From: Marsupella aquatica
Taxonomy: Eukaryota; Plantae; Marchantiophyta
Direction of reading: 5' to 3'
Length of the DNA: 64,000 nucleotides
NCBI GenBank assembly: GCA_973895155.1
Contig: OZ316897.1
Coordinates: forward strand, 12,957,375-13,021,374
Shown here one piece after another: positions 1 through 13,185 of this stretch; the first letter of the stretch is position 1, and every line of letters starts with the position of its first letter. The notes below the pieces were generated by a model that ran no database searches, was not told the origin of the DNA, and saw nothing but the letters and a program-made list of their open reading frames with translations. The position numbers and the translations under genes were made by a program.

Positions 1-1148
1 CAGGATACCCAAATCAATTCTCAACTGTATGCCTCAGCGTATTTTTTAAGGTTTTTTATTTTTAGCCAGTGTGGCGAATGTTTCCTTCTCTGAGGGAGGA
101 GATTCTAAGAATATTCTCTGTCAAATTTTATTAAATTAAATTGTTTCCATCTCAGTCTCTTTAGAATTGAGCTCTGCAATCTCCATGCAACAATCCGTGT
201 AGCACGACCACAAGTAGACAACGATATACATCGACAAGTTGCAGGACAAGGAAAGTTGGCAGAATACAGATTTGTAATTACCCTGGTTCAATGTGAGTAG
301 TACTATTGTAGCTTCAGTTCCAGTGGTAGGGATCCGCCCACGCTGATATACATCAACCAGTTGCAGCAGGACAAGGGAAGTGCCTGGTCAAACTCCTCGT
401 AAATTTCAATATTCACACTGGTACAGTTGTCGCCTCATGTTGCCCGGAAGAAAGGCCGAACTGGTAGTAAGCCCTTCACAATGCAGGCCCTAATTGTCTC
501 ACATACCAGTGGATCACATTATCACTAAATGAAACGGACTGGGTGACCCTGCGCCAGACCTGTGGCACCAATCGATGCATTTTCAAAGACAAGGGCCAGA
601 AACTTTCTAGCCCTCTGGATTTCTAAAGGCAAGTGCCCGACATTTGATTTATGGAAAAACTAAACATAAATTGTAAACTTGTCATAAACTCTATAATAAT
701 TGAGAGAAATAGGGAACCAGAGTGGTGTTGGATTATGTTATCAGGATAAAATTATGTTTTCCTCAAAAGTGCAAAAAGCCCCATGTTTGAGGGTTCTCAC
801 ATGCGATTGGTCACACACCGTGATCACCTGCCGAGATTTAAGGAGATGTCCTACTGACAGAAACACTCTGACTCCTCATTTTATTATTTGCCACCCTTGC
901 TCAAAGTTTTACATCAAACTGCCAAAGTCAACACTTTTCCGTCCGGACAGGTTGCATGCAATTTGGATTTTCACGTGCAATGATTTAATGCGCGGCGGCT
1001 GCTATCATTTGGGGCAATGCAGGCTTGCAGGAATGCAGGGTGAGAAGGCGAGGTTCGGATACGAATCGAACGCAAAATGTTAATTTCCGTGCTTCCAGGA
1101 GGCGAGCATTTTAGGGGCCAAAAATGCGCTATCCCTGCCAGAGTCGAC

Positions 1149-1172
1149 TACGGTGTTCGAAATGTTGCGGGG
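1149..1172 (+). repeat. Left terminal inverted repeat (24 bp), preceded by putative TSD GTCGAC 1143-1148
   Basis: 23/24 identity to the reverse complement of 25448-25471. Confidence 0.9.
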
Positions 1173-3090
1173 TGTTTTTTCCAGAAAAAGAGTCTAAAGA
1201 GAGAAAATATTCAATATTTCACAAGAAAAATACAAATACCCCAACTTATTTTGTAGGATACCCTAAAGTGTAATTTGCACGTGTTTGAATTAATTTGAAA
1301 TAATTTCTCACTCACTTCAGTAATTCAACAAAAACATTTTGAACATTATCATGTGATACATAAAATCATTCACATATGAATTATGTTTTTAAAATATTCT
1401 AACAAAATTCATATTTTTTCTCCACTTTTTGAAATTTAAAAACTATTTGGTCCTTCATTTTTGTATACAATATTTTGAAAATTTTCAATCCTTGAAATCA
1501 CAAGAATTCTACTCATGAGTGAAAACTCACAAAATATTTCCTACACCGAACAGAAAAAATTCAAAGAGCAAAACATAACGTTCAAGCAAGATTGAGAGTA
1601 AAACACATTTATATACCAAATCAATGAAGAAGCAAAAAAAGTTGACCAAAATAAATCATCTTGAAAAGTGTGAATGTTTTTTTTCTCTCCTTACATAGTT
1701 TTTTTTTCTCTGTACGGTTCCGTAAAGTGAAAATTTCTCCCCTTATCTACAAGCCAACCAGAAATGTCCAACTGTACTTTTTGTTGGCTCATAGACACTG
1801 GGAGAAAATTTGTACTTTACTCAGCCAATACTTTTAAGTTTCAAGGAAAGAAGAGGCCAACCTGAAGGATTAGGTTAGTCATCTGGGAAGAATGTTGTTA
1901 CTCCATATCTATGAGTTTCAACCATGGCCAAGTAAGTCTGCATGTTGGTTCAACTCCTCCATTGATGGATTTACTCTTCCCAATGGATTTGACTCGTTTA
2001 TCATTGGGACATGGGCCTTGATCACAAGAGACAAGCACCTCCTTCTTGCCTTCTATTTTTATGAAATTTATTAGTCCACTCTAATTGAGATAGGGAGTAT
2101 ATCATTCTGAGGTGGGTGGGATCCTCAAAGGACAAATCGTGCATCCCTCAATGGCAAAATTAGAGATGTTATGGAGCAACTAGAGGCCTGGTGTTGACTG
2201 CTGAACAAACAATTACCCCCAAATGTTGACATGCTTAAAGTTACTAATTATATAGGTCTACAAGTCCTTTATACCTCTACATCCTTCAATGCTTGTCTTT
2301 TGGATTGGAAAATATTGGGCATCCAAGCACAGGATAGTATTGGGCTTAAAAGTGTCTTTCTTGTTGAATCATGATGAAAATGTTTATGTTTGTGCATCCT
2401 GCAATGCTTGTCTTTTGGACAATATTGGCCTTAGAAGTGCCTTTCTTGTTGAATCATAATGAAACTGCAAGTACTCCTCAAGGTTGTAAGAGCTGACAGT
2501 TTATTTCTTTGCAGGTTCTACAAAAACACTCTTGTGCCACTACTCTCAATGGAACGTTAATATATTTACTAATGTGTCAAAAATATTTATAACTGACTCT
2601 TTGGTAGAAGTTTTGGGATTCAAAATGATCAGTTCCATCCAGGCTATGATAGAGACATTATTGTGAAGTTTGAACAGTCCAAAGTCTTTACCAACCATTA
2701 CACAAGATAGATTAATAAATAGCAATTTATGTCAACTTTGAAATGAACTCTCAATCACATTACTTAAAATCAAAGTACACTTTGTTGCCTCCAAACTCAA
2801 AGATAAGTAATTTTTGCCTTAAATACTAATTCTTGATGATTAGCAAGCTAGATAAAAAATAACTATTGGAGGCTATCCGGTATCCAACAATGTTTTCTTC
2901 TGTGATCCTTCCAAGCCATTGCATTTCTATCGTCTCTTGTAGAGTGTATAACCTGAAAATCCTGAAAAAACAACATGATATATTCACATTAATGATACTG
3001 AGAAAAAACAATACGAGTTTCCACAATACAATTAACACATGCAACAGTTGAAAAATTACCTTGTTGAATCTTATCAGAAGATAATAATCC

Positions 3091-6041
3091 TTATAACTTG
3101 CCGTAGGCGGTGTTGAAACTAGCCATGACCAACTTGGAGTGCATCACTTCCACATTTGGATATGCAGGAATATCAATTTGTTTAGAACAGGTGGATGCAA
3201 TAGGCAAAGAGCTCGAAGGTCGACTAGGGCTAAAATTCACATGACATATTGTACCTGCATTGTATTTCTCATCTGTAATAAACCTATATAATCTATAGGT
3301 TTCAACACCAGAAAATTGACCAATTGCTTCTTGAAATAAGTCTTTCAATGCTGGTGGAAAATCTATTGAATATCTGACCCTTGACAAAAACTCTCTATTT
3401 GTGATTCCTTGTTGCGCACTGAAAAATGCTTGCATGGCTTTCACAGAGACGTCTTTAAATGTACTTGTCAACACAAGCTTCTTTTCAGCCTCGTTAATGA
3501 AGGGAGATGCCATCACAGTCTTTGCCAATGAGAAGAATCCGTCATGAAGTAGTGCACCAACCATGCTGCAAGCTCCAAATAGAGTCTCATATATGATATC
3601 TGCATACAGTTTTGTAGTTGCTTTCTGAAATGCTTCAGTTGACCAGTTTGGGTCAAGTGTTACAACTCTGCAATAATATTCAGGCATTATATCCTCCATG
3701 CTGTCAATGAGACCCTCTCTCGATTCTTCAGGAGCATTAATCAAAGACTGCATGAAACCATACCTGCAATAAAAAATTAGTTTGATCATTACCTATAAAA
3801 TTAAGATCACAGTATAAAATGAGAAGACAATAATATCATAGAAATAATGTATAACAAAAAAGTGCACGGTTCCCAGTAGGTACATTTACATACCATGTTG
3901 GTCGAACAGCTCGAAAATCTTCTATATAAATTGATCGTTTTGTTTTTTCTTGTTGCACTTGCATGTAAATATCTTCACGGGAGGGACATTTACCCATGGC
4001 ATGAGCAATTGTGGCCATTGTGATTGGACGATGAACTTGTTTCTTTTTCAATATGAGAAGAAACATGAGTTGACCAACAAGTTGAACCTGATGGAATATG
4101 ACAAGTAAAAACCTAGTTAAAATCAATAACATTAAAAAAATTGAAGCAATGATATAAACCACTGAAACAGTCTGGAACACTACAATTGAATAATATTTTA
4201 AAAACTTTACATTGTTATTTATGACTTACATCTTTCTTGGAGATTTCTGTAAACTGTTTTTTGGAATTAAGATGATGAAGCCCGCTACATCCCTCTGTGA
4301 AAACTGCATGGAATTCCTGCATTGCATAAATATGTTAATCATGATTCAAGGTTGAATTGCATGACTAGTCCCAGGACTAGTCTTGAACAAAATTATTGAT
4401 TCATGATCAAGAAAACTTACTGCACTTCCACTAAACAGAGTCTTCCAAGCCCCTGTCAACAATCGACTTGTGACACCCCCTGCATCTACAGTTTCAGATT
4501 CCTCCAGTGTTACTTCTCCACTATGTGTTGTGTAGATTAACTTTGCTGCAAAATCTCCAAATATCTCTTGTCTTCTCAAGGCTTCTTGGCACATCTTTCG
4601 AATAGCAGTTAACTCATCACCGTCATAAAACTGCACAGACAAAATAAAGCTATTTAGATGTATAAACTTAAATGCAAAATGACATTAAATACAACAAGGC
4701 TATAGATAAGTATGAACATTTTCAAGACTGGGTTTCTTTTGTTTCTACATTACCTGAATTCGAATTTGTGGAACCTGCCTATAGAGTTTCCGAAAGTGAG
4801 AAAGTCCAATGTCAGAAATCTGATGGACCCTTAACAAGTATTTTGTCCTTTCAGTTTCTTTTTTGGCTTCAATGTACATATTTTCACAACTTGTAAGCGT
4901 CGGTTCTTCAAGCTGACATTTTCCAATCCATTCAATGTATTCATCGCGCAGAGAGATAATGCGGGCTTCTGAAAATTTCCCTTTCCCGTATGATGGAGTA
5001 AGCAAATAATCTCTGAAATAATGCTCAACAATCCACAGTATGTTGTTAAATTCAACAATGAAAACTATTCACTTTAAATTTACAAAAATCATAATTTTAA
5101 TGGAATGCATTCAGCTCACTGCATCTGATGAAAATGAACACTTAAATAAACATGTCAACCATTAATTACCTGAAGATTTGTAATGATCTGTCCAAATTGT
5201 TTTGAACAAACTCAGGAACAAGATCGGGTACGAGTTTTTGCAATTGTTCCCACATGTGCCACCTTGGAATGGCTGCTGCCTCAAAATAGTATCCAAAGTC
5301 ATACTTGGTATACGAACTTAGGCCTTCTAAACCATTTAACACTGGTGTAACAAAATCTTCCAGCATTGCATCTGATAATCCCAATTTTGCTTCTCTTCGA
5401 TGTTGAAGGAATTCCAGATCTGCACAAGCAACTGTCGCATCCATTTTATTGCGTTCCTCTACTAAAACGGCATCAAAATTTTCCCAAAAGATTGCCATGG
5501 CTTGATTTGGTGCTTGATCCACAGGCAACTTTATGCCTTTATCCAATTTTTGAAGCCGTTCTTGTGCTGCACAATACGCATCTAGCAGGGCTGACGTCTC
5601 TGTCTCACTTGTTATAAGATCGTCCTCAAATCGGTCATTCTCGGGTGTGCCTGTACAATCACAAAATAGTTCTAAAAATATTCAACCATCCACTCAAGCC
5701 TACATATTATAAGAATCAATCCAAACCCGAATCAAAATCCTTAACTCTAAATCCTGAACCCTAATCAACACACAATTCTGACATTTTCACTTACCTCTTT
5801 GTAGTAATCTTGATTGTCTTTCAATAACCTCTTCATTTTCCAATATAATGGGACTATGAACAGTCCCTACAAGGCTTACTTCATTCTCATGTCTTGAAGA
5901 TCCAAAGACTAGGGCTCCTTGTGCAGGTATAGCTTCGTTCAAAACACCTCTGGTTCTTGCAGTTTGAAATGAATGAGCTCGTAAAGGTAAAGTTGGCAGT
6001 AATAATGCACCTGTATCATGTTTCACAATTACCCAACACAT
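3091..6041 (-). CDS. Divergent HECT-domain E3 ubiquitin ligase (spliced; transposon cargo)
   Basis: Phase-compatible GT-AG exon chain: ~6041/6010-5795, 5650-5170, 5012-4754, 4630-4421, 4316-4230, 4087-3894, 3763-3091. The spliced product shows HECT landmarks in order: EESETVDAGGVTSRLLTGAWKTLF (cf. GEEGxDxGGxxREWF), VQLVGQLMFLL, LYRFIT (cf. LLxFVTG) and C-terminal LPIASTCSKQIDIPAYPNVEVMHSKLVMA..YG (cf. LPxAHTCFNxLDLPxY..LxxKLxxAI..FG). The catalytic Cys is retained. The 5' start is uncertain. Confidence 0.8.
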
Positions 6042-7898
6042 TAGGGTTGGATTGTCAGATTGCTTTCACTCACATAGCCACTCTGTATCCTTTTTAATAC
6101 ATATTATGATTTCATGGCAGCATTGTTAACCTACTATCGCCTTATTGTAGACATCTTGAAAAGCCTTACATACTACAGTAAAGCATCTCAAAGCTTGGTA
6201 TCCAGATTGAGCTTCGGCCATAACTGTAACTCAAGACTTAGATATATAGAAACTTTACAAAAGTTGTATGAGGTCAGGCAAGGGAATCCACATGAAGAGA
6301 CCAGAGCATCTAATGGAGAGCAATAGAGCAATAATTAGCACGCTGAGAAAAGCAAAATAATGTCTTGAGAATTCCTTATACAAAAGTTGACCAAAAGACC
6401 AATGACTTAGTATGCCAATGATTTACCATTTAATTACTCTACTCTCCTAAATGCAGGTGTACATTATGATCAGAACTGTGATGAGTGCAATATGATTTCA
6501 TTTTACTCAGCAGAACTAAAGAATGTTTTTGCTTCAAAGCTTTGGCTGGCTGCACACAAGCCTATGATGCTAGACACTCCATTTGTTCCTCATACTAATC
6601 AGCGTTGATGGAAAATACCATGGCTGCTACGGTTTGAAGTGTGTACTAAGGGTCTTCCTCTTGAGCTAAGAAAACATGTACAAACTTGCTTCAACACGCT
6701 TGCAATAAAAAAACTCATTGGTCGGTAGTCGATCTTGAAGTGGCCAAACTTTCAAGATTCCCCAATGCTTTCATCAGTTAATTGTTTTGTTGCACTAAAA
6801 TGCAAAAGAAGGAAACACCTGAATCAGGATTGGGGCTCATCCGGGGGCTCATCTTGCATACCACAAGTAAGCTTTGGAGCATCAATCACCCCACCTGTCT
6901 CTGCTCCATATCTACTGGAGTTTGTTTGGAATCATGTCACCTATAACTCCAGGGTCATAGGAAGTGCTTTTCTCAAAATGGCCAACAACCAACCTTGATC
7001 AGCAGGGTCAGTGGATGTCAATTCGAGGGCTGCGTCCTGGGGCCATGATTACCTGGTAATGAGCATCAAGTATTCCACTTGCAGTGATTCCATCACAGTC
7101 ACTAGGAGTTTGGTTCCAGTAAGGCTCATTCTGGAGTCAGGGCTGTAAGTGAGAGTAATATGGAGAGAAGAGGGCCATTGACCTGTTGGAGTGGATTGGA
7201 TTGATAGGGTCATTCCACTGTAGTTTCAAAGAAAAAGCATCTCCAAAAATCTATTGGCAAGGTGTTGACAGATAAACAAAAGGACTGCCCACAACAAGGC
7301 AGACAAACAGAACACCACCAGAAGCGCACAACAAAAACCATGTTGGTCAAAAATTGAAAGGATGCGGTACAAAATGCACAACCAAGAAGAGCAATCATTT
7401 GCAGCCCATAGCCTCATTCAGAACATGCTTTCATAGATCTTACATATGCATGCTGTGCAATACTAATTTCATACGTACACCTACAAACTAACCCCCACCC
7501 ATGCTAACATGTAAGAAATTGAATAATTATTAAACTAAAGTGATCTATGGCCAAGGAAACTCAAAGGATGCACGTACTTGAGTCACCATGGGGTGAAGAC
7601 GAGCTGTCATTGGGCTGGGTTTGAAACTCAGAAGTCGAAGGGTTTCCCAATTGAGGTGACGAGCTCGTTAATGGAGATGACAAATTAGAGGATCTTCTTG
7701 ACAGATTTTGCGGGGCTTCAAACCAGAACAATGCAATAAGCAATTAGATACCTAATTCGATCAATTACATAGAAGCTACACTATATAATCCATAAAGCTT
7801 CATGGTGTATTTTTCACATCAATGGAGCTAGAAATGATTTACCTGTTACTCAATATTACTTGTGCATCGATCAAGACAAATGAAGTTGATATCCTTAC

Positions 7899-9085
7899 CT
7901 GTCAAAGTTATTGTGGGGTCATGCAAGTTTTCTGTCTCCTCAATCCCTTCAGACTCAGAAGCTGCAAAGCTCGAGTTTGAGCTCTCTCTTTGAGTGTTAG
8001 AATTCCATGACTGTGAAGGACTTTGGGCATGTTCTGTTTCATTTTCAAATGCCCGACGATGCTCTGTCGTTGGAGAATCTTCTGAATAGACAAAAGTTTC
8101 AATTAATATGCAAATCATATCCAAAGACTTGCTGGGAAAGAGCAGAAAAATGTCATAATCTAAGAATCTAGTAACAATGATGACAAAAATGTTTGCTTGC
8201 TTTACCTGGACGTGCAGTCGAGTGACCATGGATATTTCGTCTGGTATCTCGTTTACGTCGACGTGTTCCTTGTGAAGGCACAATAATTGTTGCACCTGAA
8301 CAACCAGCCGCCTCAACATGGTAATGTCTTATTTGTTGTGGCGTCATTTGACAAGAGGGGTCTGGAATGTATACTACTTTATCAAACCGAGACACGTTTC
8401 TCCATTTGGTGTCCCCCGATAGAAAATATGAATCTAGTGTTGCACCACCTAGTTTGTCCAGGTCGTCTCTGTGTTGCCCAACATTTGTCATTCTCAAAAA
8501 GCATCCTGATATGTCAGCGTAACCAGTATTTTGGGCCCATTCTTGAGATGCCACAATTTCCCGAATATGCCATTGAGCAGTATTTTCCTGGAATTGACCT
8601 CCATCATAGACACCACCCCAAGGCGTTGACCCAGGTAGACTAACATACATTGGAGGCCTGAATTTTTTCACTCTTCGCATGTAGCAACTCTGATTGCCTG
8701 TGTCCACTTGTTGTGCCTCCCAAATTTGTTGAGGACAATATATAGCACGACTCACTGGTTTATCATAATTCCTTCGATTGCAAATTATTGGAGGAGGTCT
8801 TGCAATCATCTGTCTCCTTCCTCTGTTTGCCGCACCTCCACCTCTGTTTCCTCCACCTCCACGTCTATTTGATCCACGTCCAGATTCTCCTTCAGGTTGA
8901 TAATTGTATTGGTGATACGAGGCTGGGAATGTTGGAAATTCATATAGTGGAAGTGTCACTGGCTCAGTAGTTTCCTGAGGACCCGATTGTGTACTAGTTC
9001 CTAGTGGGATCATCCTCGAATTTCTATTGTATCCTTGGACAGGGTTTCTCTGACGAGGATCTCGACTATCAGTAGGTTCATCCAT
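7899..9085 (-). CDS. Two spliced exons (9085-8206, 8081-7899) of an unknown protein with a Gly/Arg-rich N-terminus; possibly the 5' part of the HECT gene
   Basis: Long ORF from ATG 9085 (MDEPTDSRDP...GRGSNRRGGGGNRGGGAANRGRR..., then a globular-looking segment ending KVVYIPD). Donor CCAG|GTAAAG at 8206/8205 is in phase with the acceptor at 8081; next donor ACAG|GTAAGG at 7899. The connection across 6050-7750 is not resolved. Confidence 0.55.
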
Positions 9086-10249
9086 ATTGCAATTCTGAAT
9101 GCAACGCAAGATTGAAACCCAAGATCCAAATGGCCAAGAACCTGAGGCTCTGCTCTAGTTCATTACTACTTTTGCGAACAGAGTGCAAAGTGTCAAGCTC
9201 AAAGGTAGATATCACTGAGTAGTACAAATTATCTTATATTATGAGCAGAAAGTAATAGATGTTGTTAGAGTACAGCCGCCATTTCAAGAATTTGGTGAAC
9301 ATTAGTATCACATTAACTTCCAGTACATATCATATTTGTTAACAATCATCTCATCATAATGAAGACTAGCTACCGCAACTCTTTTTAGCCCTCGGATACA
9401 TAATTGCCAAAAGCGGGTTACCGTATTTCTTATTTTCTTTAGAAAGACACTGCTACGCATGTAAGATGATTGAACTATTGTAAACTATAGTATTGTAGCT
9501 AGTAGTACACTCCAAACTATTCAAAGTTAGAGACATGCATGAAAGAAATAAGTATTTTAAAATTGTGTCGATTATTAAGGTCCAGTTAGAAACATCCAAA
9601 ATTTATAATTAACAAGAACTTTACATGTCACCAAACAATTATGTTTGTTGGATTTGACATGTCAATGGTGAAGAGTGGGCATCGTGACTTATTCCCCAGG
9701 TGAAGGTTGGAAAAACTAGTGTGAAGAATATGATTGGTTCATGTGCACGAATGATACATATTTTTTGGTGCCAAATTCCAATAGAAAGTTCGATAGTAAA
9801 CGAGGCAATAGCTATTACAAAAAAATCCCTACCATTGATATCTATTGATGAATGGTCAGTAATTTGTAACATTGGTTAGTATGCATGAATTTAATTGTAA
9901 AAAACAAACATAATGTGGTAGCTTGTGTGACAGTTATAACGCATGTGGGATTCATGCCATTTGCCACTTGCAAAATGACAGTTAATGCTAGTGACAAATT
10001 GGGTTGAGCCTCTTATGGGATTCAGGGAGACGCTTCAATGATTTGTCATTCAATGCACCTCGATTCTCCCCCACATCGGCAAATACAGAATGCTCTCTCC
10101 CCATTTTTGGGTCCCACTTCAGTTTCAGGCCAGCCCCATTTTTGGGTCCCCGTTCAGTCTTGAGAAGGGCACACCGGCACAGATTCTGGAGGAGAATCTA
10201 ATGCTCGATTGTTTTAACTAGGCTATAATAACTGAATGTAGTCGGGTGG

Positions 10250-10600
10250 CCAAGGGAGGGAGGCGCAGGGCTGGCTGTGGCAGGGTCCGTGGCAAGTGGT
10301 GAGGCAGGCAAGGGCGCTGGGGCTCGCCGTGGCAGAAAGGAAGGAGGGCGGCATGTGGGCTGGCCGGGGCCATCGTGAGTGGTGAGGCAGGCGAGGGCGC
10401 TGGGGCTCGCCGTGGCAGAAAGGAAGGAGGGCGGCGTGCGGGCTGGCCGTGGCAGGAAGGAGGGAGGTAGCCGGGTGGCCGAGGGAGGGAGGGACTCAGG
10501 CGGCCAAGGGAGAGGGGCAGTCGTGCAGCCAAGGAGGAAGGGCTGGCCGTGGCAGGAAGGAGGGAGGAAGGTAGTCACGGCCGAGGGAGGGAGAGACTCA
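10250..10600 (+). repeat. GC/purine-rich degenerate short tandem repeat (GGCTGGCCGTGGCAGGAAGGAGGGAG-like units)
   Basis: Several imperfect copies, e.g. near 10328, 10410, 10441 and 10541. Confidence 0.75.
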
Positions 10601-10624
10601 ACCGGGAGTCGGTAGTCCCGCGCA

Positions 10625-13185
10625 TTCAGGGAGACGAGTCCCTGAATTGTCATTCAATGCACCTCGATTCTCCCCCATAGCCCACCGGAATACTCTCTCC
10701 ATTGTTGTGTCTCGCTTTCAAGCCAACCCCATTTTTGGGTCCCAGTTCAGTTTTGAGGAAGGCACAGATTTTTGATTGAGGAGTTCTAATGTTTGATGGT
10801 TTTAACTTATTCACAAATAATGTAAAACTATAATATTAATTTTAAAAATATCAATATATTTAATAAAAATATATAATTATTATAAAATATTAAATGGTAA
10901 TGAGCATGGAGAATTGACGCATAGAACTAGTGTGTGACCTAGTCGTATTGGAGGTCAGTTGAGACTAAGACGTGGCGTGTTCAAGGCACACGATGGGCAA
11001 CTTTTCTTTTCTTTGATTGAGGGCATGGAAAGGAATGAACTTTGGAGGGGGCGGGGGTGTCTCATTGTATTTGAAAATGAAAATGGTAAATGAGATATAT
11101 ATGGTTCAAGTAGTTTGGAGATAGCAAAAATAACAAAGGAAACACCCATGAGAGCCAGGGAGATAAATTAACCTCTTTTGTTAATTTCCTATACCTGCCC
11201 ATTGTTGTGAGGTGCCAATCATGTTCCTGGTGGGTAGTTGCTTTCAGTTTTAGGAAGAATCCAACAAAAGAGGTTAGAAGTCAAAAGGCAAACAATATTA
11301 GAGGTGGTGTTGACAAGAGAAGAAAAGCCTTGTGCAACAAGCTGAGAAACCAGTAAGACAAACGAAAGCCCCTATGAAAAAGGCACAAAACCAACCCAAC
11401 AGAAGGCCCCTATGAAGTCCAAAAGTGTGTGGTAGAGAAGACAACAGGGCCAGGAGTGGTAAGTGTGCTCCAATTGACAGGTTTTGAAAGTTTGCAAGGA
11501 ATTGGTGCAAGCATGGGTCTGAATTCTTTGAGTGTCTTGACAAATGTGTCAAGCACAACACCTTTGGTACACTTGTTTTCCAGGGTAGCCAACTTAGACT
11601 ATTTCCAACCTTGTATGTAGAAAAGATATGTGATTGAGTGATTAATTGTAGGGCGGTAGGCTGCCGTTGGCTTCTAGGTTTTCTATTGATTTGAAAACAA
11701 ATTTCATGAATAAAGTTTTGTTTCTTATACAATAAGATGTGTGCTTACCATAAATGGTTTAGGAGATAAATGGTTTTTTATGTGATCATGTCTCCTCAAC
11801 TTTTTTGTTGCTGCTATATGGCGCATCCTTGGTTCATATCCCCAAGTCCAATTTTTTTGGACATTATTTACGGACCCCCATGGGAAGTTCCTTCCAAAAT
11901 CCCTGGCACCATGTTGAGCCACATCAGCAGGAATGGCCACAAATAAGAAAATCCAGATGTGAAAGAAGAACAAAACCTTATGGTTCGTGTTTGTGACAAG
12001 GCAAAAAAAAACTGTCAATCCTAGTAACTGTAAAAATGAGAAAAAAAACTGAAGAATAAAGTTGAAACAAACAAAGAATGAGGTAAAGAGTACTTAACAC
12101 TTGGAAGTTCTAGAATTGATATATCAGTGTTTTGCATTAAATGTTAGATTTTTTTCTAATTTTAAAAGATTTTTAAATAAACACTGCTAGAGGAAGTAGA
12201 AACAAACTGTTGGGCTTCCAAGATTTTTTTATAAGTATTTGGTGAAGTAACAAATTGTTGGGTTTCCAAAGTTTTGTAATAAATATTTGATAAAGTAAAA
12301 ACAAACTGTTGGGTTTCCAAGCACTGGTAACCGCAGTAAGTTGTAGATGGTACGTTTTAGATGACTTGAGATGACAAAGGGAATGGCTTGATGACTTGAG
12401 ATAACATGACAAAGCTAATGGCTACCCTTATACTCTTAGATCTGGCAATTTACCCCTCACCCAAGCCAGTTTTTGGTGAATTTAGTAGGAATATTAAATC
12501 CCTCCTGCAAGTTACAAACAAATCCTGCTACTTACATTATTTGGCAATTCCTCCTACTAATAGATGGAGTAGACAAATGTCTTGCAGATTGGGAAACCCT
12601 TAAACCACAACTCCAGATATATATACCTGTAGCTCTCATTTCCACTATGAATGAAGGGATGGGCAAGAGTGTTCTTTCATTGATCCAATTTGTTGAATGT
12701 ATTCAAGTTTATCTGTCTCAGGGGGTCCTCATACTAATTTAATTTTTATGCCTGGCTCTGATGGGTGTCTCCTTTGTTATTTTTTCTATCTCCAAATTAC
12801 TTGAACCCCTCATATATATCTCATTTGCCATTTCCATTTTCAAATACAATTAGACACCCCCGCCCCCTCTAACGTTCATTCTTTTCCATGCCCTCAATCA
12901 AAGGAAAGAAAAGTTGCCTGTCATGTGCCTTGAACACGTCACCCCCTAGTCTCAACTGAGCTTCAATACCACTAGGTCACACACTAGTTCTATGCGTCAA
13001 TTCTCCATGCTCATTACCATTGAATATTTTAGAATTATTTTATATTTTATCTTAAAAAATATATTGATATTTTTAAAATTGATATTATAGTTTTATGTCA
13101 TTTTTGAATAAGTTAAAAACGTCAAGCATTAGAACTCCTCAAAAATCTGTGCCCTCCTCAAAACTGAAGGGGGACCCAAAAATGT
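10625..13185. mobile_element. Nested non-autonomous foldback/long-TIR (possibly Mutator-like) element
   Basis: ~440-bp arms ~10730-11170 and ~12740-13185 are inverted copies (e.g. ATGGTAATGAGCATGGAGAATTGACGCATAGAACTAGTGTGTGACCTAG vs its reverse complement at ~12972-13020). Related terminal sequence is also at ~10020-10220 and ~44893-45140. No TSD identified. Confidence 0.65.

Noticed and set aside
700-1083. 127-aa ORF left of the transposon
   Set aside because: TTG start, no recognisable motif and no splice support.
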